Shown in pieces: positions 7,430 to 15,386 of a stretch of 24,334 bases of DNA. The notes beneath the pieces are model-generated. The model saw only the letters and a program-made list of their open reading frames with translations, was not told where the DNA came from and made no database searches. Made by a program: the position numbers and the translations under genes. Every line of letters starts with the position of its first letter. Position 1 is the stretch's first letter. The DNA comes from Pseudobdellovibrionaceae bacterium (GTDB lineage: Bacteria; Bdellovibrionota; Bdellovibrionia; Bdellovibrionales; JAMPXM01). The stretch lies in assembly GCA_913774795.1 (NCBI GenBank), contig CAJYIL010000166.1, positions 1-24,334 on the forward strand. The letters run 5' to 3'.

Positions 7430-8601
7430 GTCGAGCGCCGCGAATCGACCAACACCGCCGGAGTCGCCTCAAGGATTTTACGGGCCTCATCAAGCGCGCG
7501 TGACAAGGCGGCGTCGCTGATCGCATCGGGCTTTTGGGCGGCGATTGCTTGCACAAGAGAGCGCAAGGTCACAACCATGTCTTCGTCGCTGATGGCCCCC
7601 ATGTGACCGATGCGGACGATTTTCGTTTTGAGCTGATCTTGTCCGCCCATCACGATCACGCCCGCGGTTTTCTCCATGTGCGAGCGCACTTTTTGTGAGT
7701 CGACGCCCTCGGGAACGAGAAGAGCGGTGACTGAAGGAGACGGAACTTCAGAGAGAACCTGCAGGCCCATTTCGCGAGCGGCGACCAACGTCGCGCGAGA
7801 AAGGGCCGCGATGCGCTCGTGCACCTTGTGCATCCCGCGATCGAGGAAAATCTTGAGGACGGCATCGAGAGCACGGATGTGCGTGACCGGTGTCGAGAAG
7901 TACGACTCGCCTTTTTCGTTGGCGTCTCGCTCGGCCCGAATGTCGAAATAAAAGCGGGGGGTTTTGCACGTTTCAACGCGCGCCCATGCCTTCTTCGAGA
8001 AGGCGATAAATGAAAGACCGGTCGGGAGCATGAAGGCTTTTTGGCTCCCGCCAATCATGACATCGATGTCCCACTCATCCATCGGCATCGGGAGTGCGCC
8101 AAGTGCGGTGATCGCGTCGACGATGAAGAGCGCTTTCGTCGGCGAAACAACTTGCGCAAGTTCACGGATCGGATGAAGCACACCGGTCGACGTCTCACAT
8201 GCTTGCGTGATGACCGCGACTGTTTCCGGGGTCATCGCTCTACGAACATCTTCGACCTGAACAACGCGGCCCCAGGCCACGCTCACGCGAGTGACGCGAG
8301 CTCCGAAAGTTTCGGCCATGTCGGCCCAGCGCTCGCCGAATTTTCCGCTGACGACCGCGACGACGTGATCACCTGGCGAGATGCAATTCACCAGCGCTGA
8401 TTCCATTCCGCCCGAACCTGTCGATGTGTGAATGAAGGCGCGTTCGTTTGTGGCAAAAACCTGGCGCAAATTCTCAAGGACGCGGGCGAAGAGGGCGATA
8501 AATTCAGGAGTGCGGTGATGCTCCATCGGCAGTGCTAAAACATCCAGCACTTCGGGCGGGAGAGGAACGGGGCCGGGAGTCATCAAAGTCTGCTTGGTCA
8601 T
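7426..8601 (-). CDS. Class V PLP-dependent aminotransferase (alanine-glyoxylate/serine-pyruvate aminotransferase family)
   Basis: LMTPGP N-terminal motif, STGSGGMES, ETSTG, VDAIT, GSQKAF (PLP lysine) and RIGHMG. Start placed at ATG 8601 (MTKQTLMTPGP). The stop overlaps the serA start (ATGA). Confidence 0.93.
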   Translation of the reverse strand: MTKQTLMTPGPVPLPPEVLDVLALPMEHHRTPEFIALFARVLENLRQVFATNERAFIHTSTGSGGMESALVNCISPGDHVVAVVSGKFGERWADMAETFGARVTRVSVAWGRVVQVEDVRRAMTPETVAVITQACETSTGVLHPIRELAQVVSPTKALFIVDAITALGALPMPMDEWDIDVMIGGSQKAFMLPTGLSFIAFSKKAWARVETCKTPRFYFDIRAERDANEKGESYFSTPVTHIRALDAVLKIFLDRGMHKVHERIAALSRATLVAAREMGLQVLSEVPSPSVTALLVPEGVDSQKVRSHMEKTAGVIVMGGQDQLKTKIVRIGHMGAISDEDMVVTLRSLVQAIAAQKPDAISDAALSRALDEARKILEATPAVLVDSRRST

Positions 8602-8665
8602 GCCCGCAAGCCTAGAGGGAAACGCCTTGAAAACCAAGGTCATCCTTTATAGTGTCGAAGGCACG

Positions 8666-9244
8666 ATGCCTCGTTTCTTGCTCCTGTTCATGCTCACACC
8701 GGTTTTCGCCGCGCTGACTTCGTGCGCAGGCTACCGCATGGGCGATAGCGACCGACAAATTCCAGGCGGCTATCGAACTGTCGCGATTCCAGTTTTCGCG
8801 AACAAATCCATGGAAGCCGGCATCGAGGCTTACTTCACCAACGCGCTGATCCGCGAATTCGAACGAGGCCGGGTGGGTCGCGTGACTTCGAAGAGTGAGG
8901 CGCAGACCACACTCGAAGGTTCGATCGACAACGTGAACTACGTCGTCACCAACCAGGTGAGTAAAGAGCAAGGCGGGGGCTTTCTCCCTGATAAAATCAT
9001 CTTGAACACGGAGTACCGCATCCTTCTCACAGCGACGTTAAAGCTCCGCCGTAACTCCGATCAAAAAATTCTCTGGGAAGGCTCTTTCAACGGCGAACGC
9101 TCTTATCTTGCACCACAAATCGGGCAAGAGGGCATTAACTCGGCAGATGCTGTTTACAATCAAAGTGCTCGTTACCAGAACATCGAGGCCATGGCCTCTT
9201 ATCTGATGAACGAAGCTCACAACCGCATCACGGAGAATTTCTGA
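8666..9244 (+). CDS. lptE: LPS assembly lipoprotein LptE
   Basis: Lipoprotein signal with lipobox LTSC, then AGY. VAIPVFANKS...FTNALIREF and ILWEG segments typical of LptE. Directly coupled to holA (TGATG), matching the conserved lptE-holA order. Start placed at ATG 8666. Confidence 0.85.
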   Translation: MPRFLLLFMLTPVFAALTSCAGYRMGDSDRQIPGGYRTVAIPVFANKSMEAGIEAYFTNALIREFERGRVGRVTSKSEAQTTLEGSIDNVNYVVTNQVSKEQGGGFLPDKIILNTEYRILLTATLKLRRNSDQKILWEGSFNGERSYLAPQIGQEGINSADAVYNQSARYQNIEAMASYLMNEAHNRITENF

Positions 9245-10242
9245 TGGCAGATTTCTCTCCGCAGGCGCTCGATCAAACCATCGAGAAGGGCCAAGTTTAT
9301 CCGCTCTATTATCTTTACGGTGACGAAACGTTCCTGATCGAAGACGCGCTTTCGCGTTTGACCGACGTCGCGCTCGGCGAAGGCCTCAAAGACTTCAACC
9401 TGAATACGTATTACGGAGGCGAAGTCGATGCGGCTCAAATCCGTGATGCCGTTGAAACTCTCCCGATGATGGCGCAAGTGCGCGTCGTGATCGTCAAAGA
9501 CGCTCAAGATCTCACCGATAAAGAGTGGGAATCACTGACTCCGCTCATCGAAAATCCCGTACCTTCGACGGCTCTCGTTTGCGTCGCGACGAAGGTGGAT
9601 AAACGTAAAAAGTTTATCAAGGCGTTTCTCGCCAAGGGTTTCGTCGTTGAGTTCAAGAGGCCTTACGACAACCAAATCCCGGATTGGATTCGTTCGATCG
9701 GCCGAAAACATAAGCTTACGCTCGACTCCGAAGCCGTCTCCACGATGCATCAGCTCGTCGGCTCAAATCTCCAAGACATCGACGGCGAGATGCTGAAGCT
9801 CTCGCAGTTCATGGGTGGTAAAACGAAAGTCTCTTCCGAGGACGTATTGAAAGTCGTGTCTCGCTTGCGCATCGATAGCGTCTTCGATCTCACCGAAGCG
9901 ATCGGCCGTAATGACCGCGCTCGTGCGCTCACGTGTCTCGCGAATCTTCTCGATCACGGGCAAAACGAAGTCGGCGTTCTTGCGCTCATCTCACGCCACG
10001 TACGCATCCTGAAACTCGTCGCCGAAGGAATGCGCGAAGGTCTTCAGGGCCCAAGGCTGGCGTCTCGGGCGGGAGTGTCTCCGTACTTTTTGAAGTCGTA
10101 TGTCGATCAAGCCCGCGCGTGGAGCGACCGCAAGATCGAGCACACCTTCCAGGCCCTCGTCGATACCGATCGGGCGCTGAAGTCGTCTCCGGTCGCCTCG
10201 CACATTTGGCTCGAGAATTTCGTCGTCCAGACCTGCACGTAA
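9244..10242 (+). CDS. holA: DNA polymerase III subunit delta
   Basis: LYYLYGDETFLIE, TLPMMAQVRVVIVKDA, GSNLQDIDGEMLKL, VFDLTEAI and DRALKSS. 332 aa, in lptE-holA-rpsT context. Confidence 0.95.
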   Translation: MADFSPQALDQTIEKGQVYPLYYLYGDETFLIEDALSRLTDVALGEGLKDFNLNTYYGGEVDAAQIRDAVETLPMMAQVRVVIVKDAQDLTDKEWESLTPLIENPVPSTALVCVATKVDKRKKFIKAFLAKGFVVEFKRPYDNQIPDWIRSIGRKHKLTLDSEAVSTMHQLVGSNLQDIDGEMLKLSQFMGGKTKVSSEDVLKVVSRLRIDSVFDLTEAIGRNDRARALTCLANLLDHGQNEVGVLALISRHVRILKLVAEGMREGLQGPRLASRAGVSPYFLKSYVDQARAWSDRKIEHTFQALVDTDRALKSSPVASHIWLENFVVQTCT

Positions 10243-10260
10243 GTCGGGGCGCTCAAACTC

Positions 10261-10277
10261 TCGGCGAGGCTCGCCGA
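10261..10277 (+). repeat. Perfect 8-bp inverted repeat between holA and the PilZ gene
   Basis: TCGGCGAG-G-CTCGCCGA, with no U-tract, ending 9 nt before the PilZ ATG. Confidence 0.5.
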
Positions 10278-10286
10278 TAAAGAAGC

Positions 10287-10640
10287 ATGCCATTCTCGCA
10301 AGATCCGAACGCCAACCGCAGTCCTCGACGTGTGTTTAATCGCGCGATCGGGCTTTTGCGCGACGGCAAATTCGAACTCGCGCAAGCGCTGCAGATCAGT
10401 GAGAACGGAATGTCGTTCGTCACGCCGCTGGCTCTGAAAGCGCAGTCGCGGGTGGTGATCACGCTGGTGATTCCGGGCAGCGATGGTCTCGTGGTGCGAG
10501 GTCATGTGGTGAGCGAACGGGAGCCGATCGGCAAGATGCGCACGTACGGCATTCAGTTCGGAACATTGGAGCTTCACGAACGCCGGATGATCCGGTCATA
10601 CGTTTCGGCAAAGACTCAGGCCGAAGCGGAGCAGGCATAA
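10287..10640 (+). CDS. Stand-alone PilZ-domain protein (degenerate motifs)
   Basis: NRSPR at the RxxxR position and QISENGM at the (D/N)xSxxG position. The beta-barrel pattern continues through RGHVV and YGIQF. 117 aa. Confidence 0.82.
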   Translation: MPFSQDPNANRSPRRVFNRAIGLLRDGKFELAQALQISENGMSFVTPLALKAQSRVVITLVIPGSDGLVVRGHVVSEREPIGKMRTYGIQFGTLELHERRMIRSYVSAKTQAEAEQA

Positions 10641-10641
10641 A

Positions 10642-10669
10642 AAAAGCCAAGGTTTAAACCTTGGCTTTT
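10642..10669. terminator. Bidirectional intrinsic terminator between the PilZ gene and rpsT
   Basis: Perfect 28-bp palindrome AAAAGCCAAGGTTT/AAACCTTGGCTTTT with A and T tracts on both sides, between convergent genes. Confidence 0.88.
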
Positions 10670-10698
10670 CTCACTCTCGAATTCTGTCGGATTCCCTG

Positions 10699-10980
10699 TT
10701 ACTTCGTTGCGGCTTGCTGCCCGAGTTTTGAAACTCGAGTTGCGAGGCGACCGATTTTGCGAGAAGCGGTTTTCGCATGAACGACACCTTTGCCGCCGGC
10801 TTTCGCCATGAGGCTCATGTAGTCTTTCATGAGAGTTGTCGCAGCCGACTTATCGTTGCCTGCGAGAGCGGTGCGGAGCTTACGCTCGAGAGTGCGAACA
10901 GCGCCGACAGCAGCAGTGTTGCGAGCGTTGCGTTTAACAGACTGACGTGCACGTTTTTCGGCTGACTTATGAGTTGCCAA
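10699..10980 (-). CDS. rpsT: 30S ribosomal protein S20
   Basis: ATHKSAEKRARQSVKRNARN...KGVVHAKTASRKIGRL. TTG start at 10980 with a GGAGG SD (10992-10988). 93 aa. Confidence 0.97.
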   Translation of the reverse strand: MATHKSAEKRARQSVKRNARNTAAVGAVRTLERKLRTALAGNDKSAATTLMKDYMSLMAKAGGKGVVHAKTASRKIGRLATRVSKLGQQAATK

Positions 10981-11115
10981 GAAAGATCCTCCCGGACAGA
11001 ATTCGAGTGAAGACGAAGGGTTATCATAACGAACCTGGCCCGTGCAAGCTCTGGTTTCGGGACTTTGTAATCCCGGGCCTAGCCCCGGCGCAACTAGCTG
11101 GCAGGAGACGCTTTT

Positions 11116-12735
11116 TTGGAATCGCAAGCCCCCGAAGCGTCGGTCCCTTCCCAGACCGCTCAAGTCACCGGTAACGCCGCTCTCTTCGCCCTCGGGACAC
11201 TCCTCAGCCGCATTTTAGGTCTCATTCGTGACATGATGATGGCCCGTTACTTTCCCAATGACGTTCGAGATGCCTTCATCAACGCCTTCCGGCTCCCGAA
11301 TCTCTTTCGCCGCCTTTTTGGCGAGGGCTCGTTGTCGATCTCGTTTATTCCGGTCTTCGTCGACATTCTCTCCGGGCGGGATTCAAAAAGTTGGGCGGAG
11401 AGCGATCAACGCGCACGTGATTTGGTCGCCGGAGTCTTTAGTCTTCTGATGTCGATCACGATCACGCTCTCTTTGTTGGCGACGATCTTCATGCCTGACA
11501 TCTTGCGCGTGCTGCTCAGTGGAGACGCCTACATGGCTGTTCCCGGGAAGTTCGAACTCACGGTGCGCCTAGGTCGCATCATGTTCTGCTTTTTGATTTT
11601 GGTCTCTCTGTACGCGTTTCTGATGGCGATCTTAAACTCTCTTCAGAAGTTTGCCCTCACGGCGCTCGCACCCTGTCTGTTTAATGTTGCGATGATTGCG
11701 GCTGCCTTTTTTTCGCCGCGCTTCTCCGCGCCTGAGCAAGTTCTTGCGATCGGTGTTTTGGTCGGCGGGTTCTTGCAAATGCTAGTTCTCGTTCCGGGTG
11801 TTATCCGAGCGGGTCACTTTCCTCGGCTGCGGTTCGCGTGGGAATCGCGCGATGTTTGGCGAGTGCTGAAGGCCTTCTTGCCGGGTATGATTGGATTATC
11901 GCTCATGCAACTGACAATCATCGTCAATATGCATTTCGCCTCGCGGCTTCCGAGCGGATCACAATCGTATCTCTACTTGGCCGATCGAATCTTGGAACTG
12001 CCGATCTCTCTGTTCGTCGTTTCAATTGGCTCGGCGCTGTTACCGACGCTCGCTCGATTCTGGTCGGAGGGAAATCGAGCGGCTCTTTCATCTACACTCA
12101 ATCATTCGCTTCGCTTGATATTGTTCGTCGCATTTCCTGCAGCGCTCGGAATGCTCTTTCTTGCGCGTCCGATCGTCGACGTTTTGTTCCTGGGTCGCGA
12201 GTTCAAATACGCCGATGCGGTCGCGACAGCACAGGTCATTCAAATCTACTCACTGTCTGTGATGATGGCCGCAGGCGTACGGATCCTCGCACAAGGCTTT
12301 TATGCCATCCAGAACACGTGGTTTCCGGCGCTGGCGGGCTTCGTCTCTTTAATCGCGCACGTGATCTTTGCGGTGACCCTCACCCAAACTTTCGGGCTTG
12401 GCGGCCTCGCAGCGGCTTCTGTTTGTTCAGCGACCGTGAATCTCCTGATGCTGGCGACCGCTTACTCGAAATGGGTCGGTGATCTTGAACCGAAGCGGCT
12501 GGTGAACTCGTTTGCGAAATTTTTCGTGTGCGGAGCCGTGATGGTCGCGGTCTTGATGGTTCATGACCGCGTGCTCGCGATCTTTGGAACACGCTTTTTC
12601 GCTCGTGCTTCGGTTTTGGGTGCCACGATTTTCGTAGGCGCCGGTGTTTATCTCGCGGTGGCGCGTCTTCTGAAGGTTGAAGAACTTCGGGATGCGACGG
12701 CCGTTCTTCTCGCAAAGGCTCGTCGTCGTGGCTGA
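11116..12735 (+). CDS. murJ: Lipid II flippase MurJ (MviN)
   Basis: TLLSRILGLIRD, DAFINAFRLPNLFRRLFGEG, YLADRILELP and QGFYA motifs, about 14 hydrophobic segments. Divergent from rpsT. TTG start with AGGAG SD. Confidence 0.97.
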   Translation: MESQAPEASVPSQTAQVTGNAALFALGTLLSRILGLIRDMMMARYFPNDVRDAFINAFRLPNLFRRLFGEGSLSISFIPVFVDILSGRDSKSWAESDQRARDLVAGVFSLLMSITITLSLLATIFMPDILRVLLSGDAYMAVPGKFELTVRLGRIMFCFLILVSLYAFLMAILNSLQKFALTALAPCLFNVAMIAAAFFSPRFSAPEQVLAIGVLVGGFLQMLVLVPGVIRAGHFPRLRFAWESRDVWRVLKAFLPGMIGLSLMQLTIIVNMHFASRLPSGSQSYLYLADRILELPISLFVVSIGSALLPTLARFWSEGNRAALSSTLNHSLRLILFVAFPAALGMLFLARPIVDVLFLGREFKYADAVATAQVIQIYSLSVMMAAGVRILAQGFYAIQNTWFPALAGFVSLIAHVIFAVTLTQTFGLGGLAAASVCSATVNLLMLATAYSKWVGDLEPKRLVNSFAKFFVCGAVMVAVLMVHDRVLAIFGTRFFARASVLGATIFVGAGVYLAVARLLKVEELRDATAVLLAKARRRG

Positions 12736-13378
12736 TACTCGTGTAGGTTGGCAAGAAATCGTAACTCCCGATGATCTCGAAGGTCACATGCTCGACATCG
12801 GTCAGGTGAAAGCGAACGCGGCCTTGATTGATCAAATGCTCGCTGGTCTACGCGCGGGGACTCGAATTTACGTACCGGGCGCGGGCACGGGTCAAATTTT
12901 TGATTACATGAAGTCAAAATGGTCTTCGTTCGACTATATCTTCAGCGATTTGCGTCTCGATTTCCTCGATCGCATCGCGCGCCGAATGCCCGCGAAAGTG
13001 AAATTTCGCTTGGCGATTGATGACGTTGAGGATTCGACGGCGAGCTTCACGTGCGATATCGCACTTGTCGTTTTGGTTCTCGAGCACGTGGAGTGGAAGA
13101 AAGCTCTGCGCGAGATCTTGAAGACGCGACCTCGCGAAATGATGATCGTGATTCAGCGTAATCACGAGGTCGGAACGCGCGTCGTTGCGAAACGAAAGCT
13201 TCGCCCATCGATCGCGGAGTTCGCGAAAGTTGCTACGGCCGAATTGGTAGAGGCCACAGACTTGATCGGCGAGATGAAAAAGCTCGGCTTTCAACCGACT
13301 TGGCAGGCCGAGCGCGAAGTGCCCGACAGTAAAGCTATGCAGGCGATCCGTTTCACGCGAGTTACCGCGAAGCTCTAG
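12728..13378 (+). CDS. Class I SAM-dependent methyltransferase-like protein
   Basis: Motif I-like VPGAGTG, acidic motif II (IFSD), and LVLEHV. The N-terminal WQEIVTPDDLEGHM resembles the W..I...DYEGHM start of a known small methyltransferase family, which favours GTG 12728 (8-nt overlap with murJ). Confidence 0.75.
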   Translation: MADTRVGWQEIVTPDDLEGHMLDIGQVKANAALIDQMLAGLRAGTRIYVPGAGTGQIFDYMKSKWSSFDYIFSDLRLDFLDRIARRMPAKVKFRLAIDDVEDSTASFTCDIALVVLVLEHVEWKKALREILKTRPREMMIVIQRNHEVGTRVVAKRKLRPSIAEFAKVATAELVEATDLIGEMKKLGFQPTWQAEREVPDSKAMQAIRFTRVTAKL

Positions 13379-13610
13379 GGTGAATGCCTTTTCGGCATTC
13401 ACGAGCTTTGACCGAACATTCGTTCATTTCTTTTTCGAAGTTGGTCCAACAAGGCCCCACATCATCGGGCAGCGACTCGCACGTGCGGCGACGTTCGATG
13501 GCATCTTGTCGGCAAGCGGCCTTGACCGATGCGCACGAGCCTTGCGCGAGCGGGGGTTCGGCGATAGCCGAAGCGCTGGTCATGACGGTGATAACGAGAG
13601 CGAGTGTCAT
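13362..13610 (-). CDS. Small exported six-cysteine protein
   Basis: Hydrophobic N-terminus (MTLALVITVMTSASAIA-EPP), with ATG 4 nt after the TVP38 stop. Cys spacing is 6-10-9-10-6. Alternative starts lie at 13637 and 13646. Confidence 0.6.
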   Translation of the reverse strand: MTLALVITVMTSASAIAEPPLAQGSCASVKAACRQDAIERRRTCESLPDDVGPCWTNFEKEMNECSVKARECRKGIHPRASR

Positions 13611-13614
13611 GGCG

Positions 13615-14409
13615 TTAGGATGGCCCTGCGGTGTCATCGGACGCAAGCGGTTCGCGGATTTTGAGAACTTTCTTCGTCACGAATCGCCCCAGAAACGGCA
13701 GGGCCGCCAACGCGACCAGTGCGGCGATCAGCCGCCACGTCAAAATGTTTTCGAGCGCGGTGACTTTTGAGAGTTCAGCGCCAGCGTTCGCATAAATGAA
13801 GATGGCGGGGAGTGACGCCATCATCGAGGTGAGCCAAAAACGCAGTGGCGGAATCGGCGTCAATCCGAAGAGAAGATTCGTGACGAAGTAAGGAACGACG
13901 GGGATTAACCTCATCGCGATCAAAACTTGAGACCCGCTTCGCGCGTAAGCTCGCTCGACCGCGGCGACCGGTCGTTTAAATCTTCGCCGAACGAAGTCGC
14001 GAAACAAGAATCGACTCGTGAGCAATGAAAGCACGGCGCCCGTCGAGGTCGCGAGCATGCAGACGACAGTCCCGAGCTGAGGCCCGAAAAGTGCGCCTGC
14101 GAGGAGCATGATGATGGTGGCAGCCGGCAGTGCGCACACGACCCAGGTCACCGCGCCCACGAAGAAGATCAGAAGTTTGGACTGAAGCGAGAAGTTTTGG
14201 TCGAGGTAGATCTCGGAGTCATGAATCGAGTTCAATGTGAAGTATCGCTCGAGGTGAAAAGAGAAGAAGAGACCGATCGCGATTGCGACGACGACGAACA
14301 CCGCGGAGCGAGCGACATTCGCTGTGCTCCAGATCTTCACCGCTTCGCGTTCGATTGCGACCGAATTCGGTTCGGGGGTGTTCGAGTCGTCCTCGCGCGG
14401 ATCGCTCAT
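13615..14409 (-). CDS. TVP38/TMEM64 (DedA/VTT-domain) membrane protein
   Basis: LPAATIIMLLAGALFGP, GAVLSLLTSRFLFRD, AMRLIPVVPYFVTNLLFGLT and LPAIFIYANAG, which are VTT-domain motifs. Overlaps the mazG stop (ATGA). Confidence 0.93.
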   Translation of the reverse strand: MSDPREDDSNTPEPNSVAIEREAVKIWSTANVARSAVFVVVAIAIGLFFSFHLERYFTLNSIHDSEIYLDQNFSLQSKLLIFFVGAVTWVVCALPAATIIMLLAGALFGPQLGTVVCMLATSTGAVLSLLTSRFLFRDFVRRRFKRPVAAVERAYARSGSQVLIAMRLIPVVPYFVTNLLFGLTPIPPLRFWLTSMMASLPAIFIYANAGAELSKVTALENILTWRLIAALVALAALPFLGRFVTKKVLKIREPLASDDTAGPS

Positions 14410-15254
14410 TTCAAATCGCGCTTCGCTTGTTGCCAGGCGGCTTCTTTATCAGCGTCGGCAAGGGTGTCCCACTCTCGCCCCGAAGTTTCGACGTTTGCGC
14501 GCATCTTAAAGTAGCGAGATTCGAAGCGCGAGTTTGCGACTCTCAGCGACTGCTCAGCATCGAGACCCAAGTGACGGGCGAGTTGCGAGACGCTGAAGAG
14601 CACATCGCCGATTTCGTGTTCAAGGGCTTTTCGCAAATCGGCAGGCAACGCGGACGGGCTCGCATCGGATGCGACACTCGTCTCGCGAGGCACTTTCGCG
14701 AACTCCTCGCGAAGCTCGCGCATTTCCTCTTCAACTTTTTCGAAAACGCCGTGAGCATCGGGCCAATCGAAACCGGCCTTCTGTGTTTTGTCGCCGATCT
14801 TATGCGATCGTTGGAGCGCAGGAAGAGCTTTTGGTAAATCGAAATGCGAGAGCGGTGCGCGCCCGGCTTTCTCGGCGGCCTTCACTTTCGCCCAGTTTTG
14901 CAGGACCTCGCCCGACGTCTTTAACGACGTGTCGCCGAAGACATGCGGGTGGCGACGCACCATTTTCTCCGCGATCCCTCGGATGACATCCGCGAGAGTG
15001 AAGTCGCCCGCCTGTCGACCGACGACCGAGTTCAAAACAACCTGAAGAAGAACGTCGCCAAGTTCGCCGACGATGTCGTCCGTTGAGCCGCTCTCAATCG
15101 CCTCCGCGAGCTCAAAGGATTCTTCGATCGCGAAAGGTGCTAAAGTCCGGTGCGTTTGCTCCTTATCCCAAGGACATCCGTCAGGGCCGCGCAGGGCCTC
15201 GACGATTTCAACGAACGATTCAAATTTCTCGAGGTCTGACGGGGGTTTCACCAT
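14406..15254 (-). CDS. mazG: Nucleoside triphosphate pyrophosphohydrolase MazG (two-domain)
   Basis: LRGPDGCPWDKEQT, EESFEL...ELGDVLLQV, KMVRRHPHVF, and a second domain GFDW...EEMREL...EIGDVLF. Confidence 0.97.
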   Translation of the reverse strand: MVKPPSDLEKFESFVEIVEALRGPDGCPWDKEQTHRTLAPFAIEESFELAEAIESGSTDDIVGELGDVLLQVVLNSVVGRQAGDFTLADVIRGIAEKMVRRHPHVFGDTSLKTSGEVLQNWAKVKAAEKAGRAPLSHFDLPKALPALQRSHKIGDKTQKAGFDWPDAHGVFEKVEEEMRELREEFAKVPRETSVASDASPSALPADLRKALEHEIGDVLFSVSQLARHLGLDAEQSLRVANSRFESRYFKMRANVETSGREWDTLADADKEAAWQQAKRDLK

Positions 15255-15386
15255 GATGAGGCCGCTCCTATCTTAGGTCGTGAAAGAGTCTATCTCTTTG
15301 GGCTTTTCGAGTGAAGAACCGATATGTTAGTAGCTAGCACCACAGAAAATAACTGGGCCGCAAGACCCCCTCAGAGGCAATGCTCG

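Noticed and set aside
8627-8653. TTGAAA...TATAGT as an lptE promoter
   Set aside because: The spacer is only 15 nt, so it is not supportable without TSS data.
11023-11047. Minus-strand TTGCAC...TATGAT as an rpsT promoter
   Set aside because: The spacer is only 13 nt.
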